A stretch of 64,000 nt of DNA from Eledone cirrhosa (GCA_964016885.1 OZ024742.1:71610001-71674000), one strand, 5' to 3'. Counted from the stretch's first letter, positions 1 through 13,899 are shown. The notes: generated by a model not told the origin, from the sequence alone. A program made the numbers and translations.

Positions 1-584
1 ATTTTGAAATTTTCTTTGAACAGTCAGAAGTGAGTTTACCTGGGAAAAAACAATGCAGTTATAAATAAGAGTTGAAATTAGTGCATGCAAGATTTCACAG
101 CTCTAGCATCACTCCTTCATTGTCAGCCTATGGATTTTTCAGCCCACCCCCATAAGAAATTCTCAGGAGAGCTGGACAGCAGAAAGTCTTCAGAAAAGAA
201 CCCCCCCTCCCTTCAGCAAATGTTTCAACCCTTAACTTTTTACATTCTAAGGGGACTGGGCTGCATTCAGATCATAATTCCTGAGTGTGCTTCTTGCTGA
301 CATTTAGCCATTTGGATATTGGAGTCTTGTGTATCTAAACAGTATAAAGATTGTTGACAAGATCTAGCTGGAACTCCTCTCCGTCACCTCTGTTTTCAAA
401 CTTAGATTTAAATGCTTTCTTGAGTTTGGAAACACTTACTTGAGTTTTAAAAAATAATGGCAGTCATGGTAGCAGTGAGATGTCAACAGTGTCATCACTG
501 CCCTCAACACTACAACAACACACTCAGAGTTACTTCCCTTAGCATACATTAAAATACAACCACAATGCCTTGAAATGGTATGGA

Positions 585-1000
585 GGTTGTTTTTGTTCCT
601 CCTCAACCAGATCCAGCTGGAACTCCCTTCTGCTGCCTCTGATATTGCTTTTAGCACTTTGGTCCTGGTCTTCCCAATGACTGAAAGTTGTTTCGTGAAA
701 TTGTAGGCAGATTTCCCCACAAAGCCTCTGGCTCCAACCTCTATAGCAAGAACTCTGACATGGAAGTCAGTTTCCCTCAGGCTGTTGGCCAAACTGGCAT
801 ATTTCTCAGTCTTCTATGCACATATGGCACAGTTAGTTCAATCAAAATCAGCTGTTTTGATGAACTGGAATAGAGTACTGGAAGTTCTGCTGTATACTCC
901 CAGTCATCTGCACCATTCAGAAGACTTGATTCCCATGCCCTGTATGGCATAGCTGTTCCTGGCTATAATTTGCTGCCTCCTGCTATATAGAATGTTGTTG
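585..1000 (-). mobile_element. Decayed C-terminal fragment of a non-LTR retrotransposon with restriction-like endonuclease (HERO-like)
   Basis: Minus-strand frames give DDWEYTAELP, LILIELTVPY, EKYASLA, IEVGARGFVGKS, AISEAAEGSSSWIWLRR; frameshifted. Confidence 0.7.
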
Positions 1001-1017
1001 GCGATTTTCATGCTATG

Positions 1018-1254
1018 ATTTTTACTTTTGCCATACTTAACACATGTACCTTTTAGCATTTAAACCTGCTGTATCCGGACCGAATTCTGTCGCCTCTTTC
1101 TGTTCAAACTGTCTTTAACCAGCTGCTCATACTGATGTTAAGCTATTGTTCTCAAAATAAATAATATCAGAATCTCGTAGATTTGATATTATGTGAGGTA
1201 AAGCTTTTACTGTGAAAATATAATAGTAAATATAAAGTAATGTTAAAGGGTTAA
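1018..1254. mobile_element. TTAA-flanked MITE (piggyBac-like)
   Basis: Ends ...ttttagcattt / aatgttaaagggttaa; highly similar second copy at 60496-60702. Confidence 0.65.
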
Positions 1255-1689
1255 GCACATGATTGTGTCTTCATGTGTATCTTACTTGGACTAGTGCTAA
1301 TCTGCATGAGCTCAGAATGTGTTCCTCTGTCTGCCTACCCTGGTAGAGTGGGCACTCAAGTGTATCTGACATCACTATATTGTCTAAACATTTTGATTGA
1401 CCTATCTTATTGGAGTTATTGATCTTGTTTAAAAAATAATTTTTTAATCCAGAGGAAGTTTTTGTCTACTAATTGCTTGGATAATCTCAGTTGATAAACA
1501 TTTTCAACAATATTATATACAAGATCAACTATATTTATCTTTAGTGCTGAGAAAACTGAAGGGATTTTCTCTCTACTATAATTTGATGGTATAATCCAGA
1601 ACTAGATTAAAAATCCCTTGGTGGTTTAGTAAACATTTTTCAAAAGATTTTTTGGATATTTTCACAAAGTCTGGGTCTGCCTAGTTGTC

Positions 1690-2105
1690 AGCTTCAGTTA
1701 CCAGCTAATTTCAGAATGTTACCTGTTATAGATACCAGCTAATTTCAGAATGTTTCTGTCAACTATATTCTGTCAACTATAGTTACCAGCTGTGGAGCCA
1801 CGTGGTTTAGTGGCAAGGGTGTTAGATTTACGATCATAATGTTGTGGGTTTGTTTCCTGGGGTGGGTTGCATGTTGTGTTCTTGAGCAAAACATTTAATT
1901 TCATGTTGCTCCAGTATACTCAGCTGGAAACGAGTACCAGCAATACCTGAGGGTATATACTGGCGTCTGGTCCAGGATAAGCACTGGCCTAACGAGCCTT
2001 AAATGGCTTAACACAGACTTTAAGATAGATACCAGACCATCTCAGAATGTTACCTGTCAGTTATAGACACCAGCTTATCTAAGAATGTTACCTGATATAA
2101 GACCA
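1690..2105. repeat. About 35-bp minisatellite (accagctaatttcagaatgttacctgt) split by a SINE
   Basis: Units at 1698-1790 resume at 2030-2105 after the SINE. Confidence 0.6.
1794..2010 (+). mobile_element. tRNA-derived SINE with CORE-like domain, degenerate
   Basis: Box A-like tggtttagtgg, then tgtgttcttgagcaaaacattt; related copies at 7980, 14328, 29040, 38860, 54170. Confidence 0.65.
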
Positions 2106-2996
2106 GTTCCTTATTCAGGGAGAAGTGTATCACTCATCTGATTTACATCATAAAACTAGATTCTAAGATACTAAGCTCTCCCTTTCCCAGGCATTAGGAT
2201 ACATAAATATTCCATTTCATCGCATTACCATTATTGTGGTGTGCTGAAGTAACATATACTAAATATACACCACTACTCTCTGCTTAGGGAATTGTTCTCT
2301 CATTTATTTAATTCTACAAATGTTGATGTGAAACTTTATATAGCTTTGACCCTCTGTTGAGTCAACTATATTCCAGAAGGGAATGGAGGAGTAGGGAAGA
2401 GTTTTGTTTAGTCAGAAAGGATCAATATTTTTAGTTATTATTGATATATTAGAAATACATAATCAGAAACTTGATGCTGTTTGCTTTTTCAGTTTTATTT
2501 ATTTATCTTGTATGTGTGCTGATAAAGGATGATGGAGAAATATTAATACGAGTATATGATTTTGGAATAAATAGAATCAGAATTTGGAAACAGATACGGA
2601 AAGATGTGGATTGTTTCTTACAAAAATAGAGAACTAATGGCGGCAAACTAAAATAAGAACAACAAAACTATTAGAATAATTCATCTGAGGGTTTATTCAG
2701 TGTTTGAATTATTCTTGTACACTAGAGCCTTTTCACTAGCTCTAGTTTCATTAGTTTTAATGAAACATGCAAGATAAAATGGTGGGGCTCTGTTTTTCTT
2801 TTAGATTTTTTTGATAACTTTTTGGTTGGTAGATTTTAAAAAAATATATTTTTATGAATTAATAACATTCTTGTTTAATGAGCAAGTAAAGTTGAATAGA
2901 TCATGTGTGGAGTGTGTTAATGAGAGTAGTTGCTTTGTTGGGGTCTCCTCACTACTACTGAATAGTGAGACAGTATATTTGATGTTGGCCCTCTTT

Positions 2997-3135
2997 TAAG
3001 CTGACCACTAAAGTAACTATTGATATATCAGTTAAGATGACCACTAAAATGATATATCAGTTAAGATGACCATTGATGTCGATTTAGATGACTAATAAGG
3101 TGACCATTGATATGTCAGTAAAGATGACCACTGAT
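2997..3135. repeat. About 26-bp tandem repeat (aagatgaccactgatatatcagtt)
   Basis: Five to six diverged units. Confidence 0.6.
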
Positions 3136-3255
3136 TTGTCCAACCCTTGCTAGTAGGGAAAGCAGACAATAAAACAACAATGATAATGATGAAGACACCA
3201 TCATCTTTGTATGATTTCACCAGCTACACTAACATTCACATCTCATTTATTTCAG

Positions 3256-3437
3256 TACCAACCGGTCCTCCAACTAATATCAAGGCTCATAGTCTGTCAC
3301 CAACTGTTATGCATGTGAGCTGGGAGCCTCCATTAAAGAACATGACCAATGGAGAGTTGTCTGGCTATCAGCTGATTTATGGAATCACTGGTGAAGATAC
3401 AGTTCAGCCAATAGTTGTGAGAGATCCAAAGGAAACT
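3256..3437 (+). CDS. Ptp99A: Receptor protein tyrosine phosphatase (Ptp99A-like) exon a; first half of FN3 repeat 1
   Basis: ttcag| acceptor, |gtaagt donor; translates VPTGPPTNIKAHSLSPTVMHVSWEPPLKNMTNGELSGYQLIYGITGEDTVQPIVVRDPKET (FN3 W and Y signatures); phase 1 to phase 0. Confidence 0.92.
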
Positions 3438-4635
3438 GTAAGTATATTTATTCCTCACTATTCTATTGGTTGAACATTTTGATATCAATCTGGCTAAAAC
3501 CGCTTCTGGTTCTATGAAACAAAACGTGGTTTTGAAATTCCTATGAGTATAAAATATATTTAGGAAGTTTTAATATTTTGATGTTTAAAATGTTGTTTAG
3601 AGTGTAGTTTTTGTTTCATAACTCCATTACAATTTCATCTGTTTTATAGTTTCAACAGGTTTCTTAAATTTTTGTTTACTTCTGGCCATTCACATGTTGG
3701 GAGTAGTTGAAAGCGAGAGATCAAATAAGAGTACTTTATATACAAATTCATGGAGTAAATGAGGGAGGGAGAGACAGTAAGTGAGAAAGAGGGTAAGAAC
3801 GAGAAGGGAGAGAGAGTGAGAGCAATAAAACACAAGTCAGAAGTAAAACTTCAATCTTAAGTAAGATTGAAAGAAAAAGTATTAGTAAGTCAAAGAAAAA
3901 CAGCCAGCACGCATGTGTATGTGTGTGCACCTGTGTGTATGTATGTGCACATAGATATTTGTGTCTGCATGTGCGTATGTGTGTGTAGGGGTATTTATGT
4001 ATTAAAATGATCAAATTATAAAAATTTGTTGGAAATATTTTCAAAAGAACACATAAATAACATTAATAATGATGTAGTAAAAAAAAGAAACTGTTTCATT
4101 GTAAAATAATTACTCCAGATATTTTAGCACCTTATTTACATAGAATTTGAAGTTGGTGAAAATTGGCAAAATATTAACCCTGCATAAAAGCCAACCCCCA
4201 TTTTATCATTAATTTTTCCTCGGCTTATATTCGAGTACATACAGTAATCCCTGTGATTCCAACCTGCCAACGACTGTCTTTGGTTCTGTGAAACAATGCC
4301 ATCTATTTAAAAAGTTTCCTATTTAAATTAGAACTTTTCAACATAATTTTATATGTATAAGAACCTTTCGTTATGTTTGAAATGCTATTTTGATAATTAA
4401 ATACAAAATATCAAGGGCGGTGCCCCAGCATGGCTTCAGCCGGATGGCTGGAACAGGTAAAAGAGTAAAAGAGCATTTAATTAGAAATATGACCAGAAAA
4501 GGGTTAAAATTATTAAAAACAAATTCTTCTCATTAAGAGGGACAAGAGATAATTTATGTCAACAGAATTATTTTCAGTGTTTTTGAAGTGATCTTTACTC
4601 ATTGTTAATGCTATACTGTTGTTTTCTCTTTCCAG

Positions 4636-4750
4636 GGTATTGATCTCCAAGGCCTGCGGCCATACACAAACTACACTGTGTTGGTGAAAGCTTTCAATTC
4701 TGAGGGTGATGGACCTGATGGTGTATTGTTCTTTCAAACAATGGAAGGCC
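4636..4750 (+). CDS. Ptp99A: Ptp99A-like exon b; second half of FN3 repeat 1
   Basis: tttccag| ... |gtaagt; GIDLQGLRPYTNYTVLVKAFNSEGDGPDGVLFFQTMEG contains the FN3 LxPxTxY motif; phase 0 to phase 1, in frame with neighbours. Confidence 0.92.
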
Positions 4751-5639
4751 GTAAGTTTCAGCTTGTTAACTCCTATCTCTACAAACACCATAGTTAGTTT
4801 AAATATGAAATAATGGTTGAAAGGACTTTTCAGCTGTGTTAATGATGTGATAACATTTCTGGTGCTGTTGCCATGATAATATGCATGCAGTACTCTCTAT
4901 AAAGTGATATGTTATAGGAAGGGCATTCAAAGCTGAAAAGTACATAAGTGAGATGAGGCCCTGGGCTAGTCTGAGAGGACAGTTGATCCAATTAAGTACT
5001 AATTTGGTCTGTGATAATCTGTTCTACATGCCAGCATGGAAAATGTTAAATGATAATAATGATGTGAATAGGTTTAGAAAGGCAAGTTGGAGTGGGGAGC
5101 AGTTGGATAATTAAGATAGATAGTAAACATTTATCTGTTTAGAGCAGCATTTCTCAACCAGTTTTCCTGTAACCCTAGTTTTCTGCAAAGGTCGCTAGGG
5201 GTTCTGTGAGAAACTGATAAATAAACTAATGCATTTTTGAGTCATTTTTGTTTAATTTAATATTCGTAATTTTACTATACACATAAGGCACATTACTATA
5301 CTGTTAGTAACAGTTGAGGTTCAGCTGGCTGAACTCAATTGTAGTATGGATTAGGGTCTGCAGCTGGTTCAACTTAACTGCAGTATGGGTAGGGTTCTGA
5401 GGCTCAACCCAATTGTGGGTGAGGATCTTCTAACCCATGCTATTGTGGAAAATGGACATTAAACGAAGATGATGATGATGATCTATTTACAATCATTAAA
5501 ATAAATGTTAAATGATGACACTGACCACTATTATATCACATTGTTGCAATGTTATATATGTATGTATTTGGATCTATGTATACATATGTGCATCATCACC
5601 ACCATCACCATCATCATTATCATCACCACCACCACCATC

Positions 5640-6722
5640 ATACGGCCATTCTTCCAAGCTAGCATGGGTTAGACGGGTTGTCCTGTTGTGGGCAATGTTA
5701 AGTCAGGTAATCTTGTCTTGTTCATACGGGAACTGATTTTGACTTGATTTTTACAGCTGGATCCCCTTCCTAACACCAACCTCATTTACAGTGAGTGCTG
5801 GGTGCTTTTTTTCCATGGCGCCTACACGACCACTTTACAGTGTGGTCTGGGTGCTTTTTTGTCATGACACCTCCATAACCACTTTGCAGTGGGTGGGGGT
5901 ATATTGTCTATACGCCAGAGGTCACAGTCCTGTGTCATCACTGTTGAGAGGTGCAATTGGGCAAGGTCCGCTTTTATCACCTCATCTCAGGTCTTCTTGG
6001 ATCTCCCCACTCCATGGCTTCCATCAACTTTTAGTGCTCTGCACCTTTTTATGCAGCTGTCATCCTTCATATGCATCACATGTCCATACCAATGCAACCT
6101 CCTCTCCTGCACACAGCATTTGATTCCTCTTATGCTCAGTCTCTCTCTCAGTCCGTTTGTGCTTTGCCGTTCGCATATATTACTATTACACATCCATCGG
6201 AGTGTGTAACAGTAACATTACTGTTCGTATACACGCATCATACAATCTGCCTTTTATTTTGAGGGAAAAGCCTTTTGCAGTTAGCAGTGGTAGTAGCTCC
6301 CTGAACTTATTCCATCCCGTTCTTACCTTGGTTACTGTACTTTCTGAACACCCACCCCCGCTGCTAATTTGGTCACCTAGGAAGCAGAAGCTGTCTACTG
6401 TTTCTACAGAGCCCTCCCAGATTTTGGCAATGCTTGTTTCCTGTGGCCGTTTGCTGCTTGCTGTCCCGGTGCAGCTGCTACTTGTAAAGCCTACATTCTT
6501 AACTAAGCTTCCTGAGATCCCACTATATCTCTTGTGTACCCATAGTTTGCATTTGGGGCAGAGGATAGAATTCCTACCTGCACCTTTCCTACATACTGGG
6601 GGATCTGGGTTCTGTTTTCTCGTCTACTTACAAGGACCTTAGTCTTTGACAGGTTGACTTTGAGACTCCTTCTTTCTAGTCCCTGCTTTTATGTTTGGAA
6701 TTTCTTCTTTAGTTCCGCCATA
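5640..6722 (-). mobile_element. 5'-truncated RTE-clade LINE fragment with 3' UTR (same family as 17464-20734)
   Basis: MCNSNICERQS...[23 protein letters not shown]; PHD-like region; internal deletions; (ATG)n-like tail. Confidence 0.85.
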
Positions 6723-7712
6723 GATTGAGATGTTTAATATTAGTCTTGCAATATCATGTGTATGTATCTATGTGTATGTATGTGTATATATGTATATATA
6801 TATATATATGTTTTATATCACATTGTTGTAATATCATGTCTATGTTTTGTGTGTATGTATCTGTATGTAGGTATATGTGTAGCGAAATCTCGACATATTT
6901 TCCCACAATGGTTTTCTTAGTCTGCTATACACAAACACCTTAATACTGACCTACGACCTCAGAGACACAAATTTAGATTACATTTTCTGGTGAAAGGACT
7001 AACGGCACAAAATTATATGTTGGGAGAACAATAGATAAATTTCCCTTGTGGAAAGACTCTGCTTTCCAACTCTGCAAAAGTCAGTCTGCTTCCTGATTCT
7101 GAGAGTTGATAGTTTGGTCATTGAGTACTCACTAGCCAGCCTTGCTGGAATTGGCACTAGCTGAGAAAGTTACCAACACAGATTAGTAAATATTACTACA
7201 TTTGCACACATAACAACTATATGTGGCTTGTGACACACACAAAGACATACGCCGCTGATTCCCCAGCAGCATACGGGTCAGATCTTTCTCTGTTGTTCAT
7301 TGGTGCACATGATTTCGGAGTAAATCATGTGACAAATAAAAAGATCCATGTGATATGAGAAAATCACGTTCTCCATGATATCACTTCAAACCACAAGCCA
7401 GTCTTGATGTCTTGTTTCCTTGAAACATGGCAAGCATTGCTCGACCCACTGAAATCAACTTTACTTTATTCACTTGCCATTATTTGACCAACAAGCTACT
7501 CACTCATCAACTTCACACTTCATCACTACCACTACTACAACAAATGAATGAATCAACCAGACTACAACCAAACCTAGAACCTTTATTAACACTGCTAAAT
7601 ATGTATCTATGTGTGTGTCAGTATATATATCTATGTGTATGTGTATATGTGAGTATGTATGCATGTATTTATATATTTTAACACAACTTGTGTTTTTACT
7701 GCTTCATTACAG

Positions 7713-7907
7713 TACCAAGTAAACCACGAATCACACATTGTACTCATGTCCACTCAAGTTCTCTACGTGTCAACTGGGAAGCACCAACTGAACTTAATGG
7801 CCGTCTCCTTGGTTACCAACTGATATGGCAGTATAATGGAGAGAACTTCACTAAAAACATCACGACTAGCTTACAAGACCCAATGTCAGCCCTTGTCACT
7901 GGACTTA
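7713..7907 (+). CDS. Ptp99A: Ptp99A-like exon c; first part of FN3 repeat 2
   Basis: ttacag| ... |gtaagt; LPSKPRITHCTHVHSSSLRVNWEAPTELNGRLLGYQLIWQYNGENFTKNITTSLQDPMSALVTGL; phase 1 to phase 1. Confidence 0.92.
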
Positions 7908-7979
7908 GTAAGTTTTCGAATCAGCTTATCATTTTTATCTGTTTATTTAGTTATTTATTTCTCCTTATATCCACCTATG

Positions 7980-8780
7980 AAGGCACATGGCTTTGTGATT
8001 AGAGTGATTCCCAGACTGGGCAATGTGCTGTGTCCTTGAACAAGACACTTTATTTCACGTTGCTCCAGTTTACTCAGTTGTAGAAATGAATTGTGATGTC
8101 ACTGGTGCCAAGCTGAACAGCCTTTCCCTTTCCCTTGGACAGTATTGGTGGCATGGAGAGGGGAGACTGGTATGCATAGGCGACTGCTTATCTTCCACAA
8201 ACAACCTTTCCCAGACTTGTGCCTTGGCAGGGAACTTTCTAAGTGTAAATCCCATGGTCATTTATGACCAAAGAGTTAGAACATCAGACAAAATGCCTTG
8301 CTGGGTTTCTTTTGGTTTTTACATTTTGAGTTTAAATCCCACTGTCGTCAATTTTGCCGTTCATCCTTACAAGGTTGATAAAATATAGAACCAGTGAAGC
8401 ACTTGGGTAGATTACATCAACCTCACTCTAATGATAGTAATTTGCTAGGCTTCTCCTTATCTTTCTTATTTTCAGGGTCGATAAAATAAAATACTAGTCA
8501 ATATAACTGATTTTTTCCCACTCCTTAAATTTCCTCATTTTGTGCCTCAATTAAAAACCATTATTTAAAGGCACTGGATTGGCAGAATCGGTAGAGGATC
8601 AGACAATATGCTTTGCAGTATATAGTTATGGCCCTTTATGTTCTGAGTTCAAATCCTGCCATGGTTAGCTTTGCCTTTCATCTTTACAGGGGCAATAAAA
8701 TAAAGTACCTACTTTGATCGACTTTCTCTTTCGCTTCATTGCTGACCTTGTGCCAGAAGTAGAAACATTATTATTTTGAA
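7980..8780 (+). mobile_element. Cluster of tRNA-derived SINEs (one CORE-like, two to three MetaSINE-like)
   Basis: tgtgtccttgaacaagacacttt at about 8030; tttgcctttcatc...ggggtcgataaaa-type motifs at about 8350, 8470 and 8670 with box B gagttcaaatcc. Confidence 0.7.
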
Positions 8781-9155
8781 ACTATAGACAAAGAATGAAA
8801 ACACACCATTATTTTAAAATATACATTAGGGATTAAAAAATAAAACTTAACAATACCACATTTGTAATGAAATACACTGCCAATGAGTTTCAATTAATTT
8901 TTCACTATCAAGCTGATGTTTTGAAAATGTTCTTACATAAAATTATGCTGGAAGGTTTTAATATAAATATGAACACTTTAAAACAAGCAGTTGTGTTTCA
9001 TAGAACCAGAGGTGGTTTAAGATGGGTTGATATCAAAATAGTTTGAAAAATGAATGGGAAGCAAAATTGGGTAACAAATGTTGGCTGTTCCCATATCAGG
9101 TAAAATTATTTATTTTCTATTTTGTCTAAACTTTTGTTTTATTTGATTTATACAG

Positions 9156-9251
9156 AGCCCTATACAGAATATGTTACCAGGGTAGCTGCCATCACAGGAG
9201 GTGGACGAGGCAACTTCAGCAATGAGTATCCAGCCTTGACTGATGTCTCAG
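9156..9251 (+). CDS. Ptp99A: Ptp99A-like exon d; end of FN3 repeat 2
   Basis: atacag| ... |gtatac; KPYTEYVTRVAAITGGGRGNFSNEYPALTDVS completes GLKPYTEY across the junction; phase 1 to phase 1. Confidence 0.9.
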
Positions 9252-9313
9252 GTATACTACTTTTATTGTTACCATCTCTGTTGGTCAGTGATTGTAGATA
9301 AGACTGTGATAAA

Positions 9314-9315
<2 letters not shown>

Positions 9316-9352
<37 letters not shown>

Positions 9353-9508
9353 CTCTCTCTCACTCACTTACTCACTCACTCACTCACTCACTCACTCACT
9401 CACTCACTCACTCACTCACTCACTCACTCACTCACTCACTCACTCACTCACTCACTCACTCACTCAATCACTCAATCACTCAATCACTCAATCAATCACT
9501 CACTCACT
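9316..9508. repeat. Compound microsatellite (CA)n(CT)n(CACT)n(CAAT)n
   Basis: Direct reading. Confidence 0.95.
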
Positions 9509-9949
9509 GATTTATCCATGGCAAATTTCTACAGCTGGATCTCCTTCCTGTCATATGTGTGTATATATATATATATATATGTGTGTGTGTATATATATAC
9601 CCATGCTAGCGTGGAAGATAGACGTTAAACGATGATGATGATGATAAAAACCTGCAGCTTCGGAAGCATCCAATGATGTTGACCAGTACTCCTTTTCGGG
9701 TAGTGTTTGCTATGCTCCAAGAGTGGGATTGGTCGAGTGCAAGGCCTTTCCCCACTTAAAAAGCCTTCAAAGCACAGGTATTGCTTGTTCTGGGTCTGTT
9801 ACAGGTTTGTGTGAGTGACCGTTGGCTAAAAGTGCATCAAACTCTGTAACCTGACAAGCGATTGCAGTACTCTTAGTGGAGTTTGCTGCCATCATATATT
9901 TACTCTTTTACTTGTTCCAGCCATCCGGCTGCATATATATATATATATA

Positions 9950-10825
9950 TCATCATCATCATCATTTTACGTCTGCTTTTCCCTGCTTCTAAGGGTGGGA
10001 CGGGTCCACTTGTCACTGTCCTTCGTCGTCTCCTCCATGAGCTTCAGTGATCTGAGGTCTGCTCTCACCACCTCCGCCCATGTTTTTCGTGGTCTTCCTC
10101 TACTGCGTCTTCTTTCTACTGGGATTTCTTGGCACTTCTTTACCCAGCGGTCATCCTCCATGCGCATCACATGTCCATACCATCTCAGTCATCTCTCCCG
10201 CACACGACAACTTATCCCTCTTATACACAGTTTCTCTCTCAACTCATCTATGCTTGGTCATTCACGCACATTAACATTGCACATCCAACAGAGCATGCTT
10301 GCTTCTTTTCTCTCCAGCCGTTGCATATCCTCTGTAGTTACTGCCCATGTCTCACTACCATGCAGCATCACGTATCTCGCACAGGCATCATATAACCGGC
10401 CTTTCATACACAGGGAGAAACCCTTCTTTGTCAACAGAGGAAGCAGCTCCCTAAACTTCTTCTAACCCATCCTTATTCTATATACTATGGCCTTGGAACC
10501 CCCCCCCCCTCTCCCATGCTAATCTGATCACCTAGGTACCAGCAGCTATCAACCACTTCTATAAAACCCACCTGCATTTGAAAAATATGTCTATCACTGC
10601 GATTACTACTGTCAAATTACCCTGTACATCTGCATACGTAGTTTCCCTACCTGTTAGTTTGCCTGCTATCCAACTACATCTCTTGTGTACCCAAGATTTC
10701 CATTGTGTTTATTTTATAGAATTTATGCCAGTTCCTTTTCTGCGTATCGAACATGGCCATTTCCCTGATGGAATCAGAGTTTTGTCCTCTTTTCTACTTA
10801 TCAACACTTTTGTCTTAGCTATGTT
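9950..10825 (-). mobile_element. RTE LINE 3' fragment (second subfamily)
   Basis: MRMEDDRWVKKC...RGRPRKTW; tail cagggaaaagcagacgtaaaatgatgatg. Confidence 0.8.
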
Positions 10826-10834
10826 ATATAATCA

Positions 10835-11361
10835 TCATCATCGTTTAAACGTCTATCTTCCACGCTAGCATGGGTTAGACGGGAGTTGTCCCACTTGAGG
10901 CAAGATTGGTTGGGTGACCGTGTCTCGCTCGTATAGGACTATCTGGCAAGTTTTCTACGACTGGATGCCCTTCCTAACACCAACCACATTTACAGTGTGG
11001 ACTGGGAGCTTTTTACCATGTTACCTACACGACCTCATTACAGCGTGGACTGTGTGTTTTTTTTGTCGTGACACCTACACGATTTTGATCTCGTTCTCAT
11101 TATCTCATTTATTTGGACTGGATGTTGTTGTACCAACTTTACAGAGAGAGGGTGATGTTGGTGGGAGTGGGAGGATAGGGTAGCGCCAAAGATCTCAGTC
11201 CAGTGACATTGTCTTAGAGAGGTGCAAGTGTGTAAGGTCAGAATTTATCAAATCGTCCCAGGTTTTTCTGGGTCTACCTACTCCGTAACTACCATCAATT
11301 TTGATCGCCCTGCACCTTTTTATACAGCTGTCTTTCATGTGCATCACGTGACCATACCAAC

Positions 11362-11362
<1 letters not shown>
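10835..11362 (-). mobile_element. RTE LINE extreme 3' end and UTR, truncated at a (TA)n tract
   Basis: [17 protein letters not shown]...[11 protein letters not shown]; matches 15100-15280. Confidence 0.8.
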
Positions 11363-11403
<41 letters not shown>

Positions 11404-11508
11404 ATATATATATGTGTATATGTATATGTGTATATATATGTATATATATATGTATGTATATATATATGTATATGTATATATATATGTATATATGTATATA
11501 TATATATG

Positions 11509-11597
<89 letters not shown>

Positions 11598-11644
11598 GTG
11601 TGTGTATATGGATATATGTGTGTGTATATATATATATATATATA

Positions 11645-11685
<41 letters not shown>

Positions 11686-11742
11686 ATATATATATATATA
11701 GATATGTGTATATATATATATATATGTGTGTATATATATATA

Positions 11743-11775
<33 letters not shown>

Positions 11776-11828
11776 GTATATGTATATATATATATGTATA
11801 TGTATATATATATATATGTGTGTATATA
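11363..11828. repeat. (TA)n/(TG)n compound microsatellite
   Basis: Direct reading; similar tracts at 12850-12995, 13255-13430, 13696-14328, 17345-17463, 20735-20955, 48022-48597, 49102-49449, 49550-49925. Confidence 0.97.
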
Positions 11829-11972
11829 TATATATATATGTATATATGCAAAAGATTTATTTAAAATTGTTGGGTTACAACGAGTAAATATTTTATAACT
11901 GATATAAAAGCACTCAACAATTTTTGGAGTAGGTTTACGATATCAAACAAATGGAAACTATAAAACCATATT

Positions 11973-12038
11973 TATTTCATTATATATATTTCTGGGATAT
12001 CATATTAAAAATATGGTATGCCTTCCTCAGACAAAATA
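11973..12038 (-). ncRNA. Minimal type-I hammerhead ribozyme motif in a Penelope-type terminal repeat
   Basis: Minus strand: TATTTTGT-CTGAGGA-[AGGCATACCATATT TTT AATATGATATCCCA]-GAAA-TATATA-TA-ATGAAATA; 8-bp stem I with G-U pairs, palindromic stem III. Confidence 0.7.
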
Positions 12039-12904
12039 CAATATATAAGCTGTTTTATAAATAATTTTGACATACCTTAGAATAATGCAACTTCCATTTA
12101 AAAAGTTGATTTGGTAGTGAAACTGTTGAGGACAGTTATAGAGAAAGAAAGACGAAGAAAAATGAAGATAAAAAGGAGATGAAGAGATGTATGTAAAGAA
12201 AAACAACAGAGCGAGATAGAGAGAGAAGGAGATATGGGAGAGAGAAATATATTGAGGAAGTGAAAAAAATATAGTAGGCAGCTTTGGGACAGATGATCCT
12301 CGTACAAGTGAGAGGTTAAGGAGGGAGGGATACAGTTAAAATAGCCGACAGATAATTCACGTCCAGTGCAGAGGAGAAAAAGAAAGAAAGATGATATATT
12401 TAAAATATATTATGTCTCATCCATTTGAATTATCAATTTTTATGAATTAGGTATTATAATGTAAATATCAATATTCATGAATGAGACACATATCCATAAT
12501 GTGTGAAAAAAATGACACCATGCTTAGTTTAAAAATTCTTAGGTCTATAAGCAAAATCTGAGACAAAACTTCAAACATAAGTATATATGCATTCTCATGA
12601 AAAAAGAAAAAAGAGAAAAGAGAAGGTTATCTCAAATTCAAGTTGATAATTATAGACACACGTGTGAACTTACGTGATATGCTCCGCAGATTCTTATTTT
12701 TCATGAAAATCTTCATTGCGTTACAAAAGATTCCACCATACATATATGTACATACATATATATATATATAGACATAAAATATACATTAACATTTATAGTA
12801 ATATTCCTGCCCTCACTTACATGATTATCGATCAAGCAAAGAATAGACATATGTATATATATATATATGTGTCTATATATATATATATATTGTATATATA
12901 TGTG

Positions 12905-12939
<35 letters not shown>

Positions 12940-12962
12940 GTATATATATATATATATATGTG

Positions 12963-12995
<33 letters not shown>

Positions 12996-13292
12996 CATAA
13001 AACATGTCTATAGAATCACAAGATAAAATATATACTATTTCCTCTCCCAATTAGCATAATTAACTATATAAAAAATCGAATAGACCAGGCTATAAGAATG
13101 AGGCTTCTATGAAGGAATCTCCGACAAATAACCAAAACTAGCGCTTCGCGTCGGCCGTAGCTGAATATTTATCGAATATTTCGACAGCGTAATCGCCCAG
13201 ATTCAGTCAACTAAGCAGAATTAGGTTTAAAATAAACTATGAGAAAATAGAATACATATATGTATATATATATATATATATATATGTATATG

Positions 13293-13405
<113 letters not shown>

Positions 13406-13429
13406 GTATATGTATATATATATGTATAT

Positions 13430-13600
13430 GTATAATAAAGTTAAATAAAAGTCAAATGATTAAAATTTAGCTTCGTTTATTACTGCTATATACATTTCAG
13501 AAGAGGTCACAGCCAAAGATGGCTGTCACTGAAATATATATAGCAGTAATAAACGAAGCTAAATTTTAATCATTTGACTTTTATTTAACTTTATTTTACA
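13430..13600. repeat. About 70-bp-arm foldback centred on a truncated hammerhead core
   Basis: Arms 13430-13500 and 13529-13600 are near-perfect reverse complements; centre reads cAGAAGA-GGTCACAGCCA AAGA TGGCTGTCACT-GAAA-TATATA-TA. Confidence 0.8.
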
Positions 13601-13705
13601 CTACTCCGGAGTAACCAAACCAACCTGCGCACTTCGTCGAGTGCTCCAGCCTGCATACTGAGGTGTTGGTATACAACCAACATAAACTCAAAATCTATAT
13701 ATATG

Positions 13706-13893
<188 letters not shown>

Positions 13894-13899
13894 TATATG

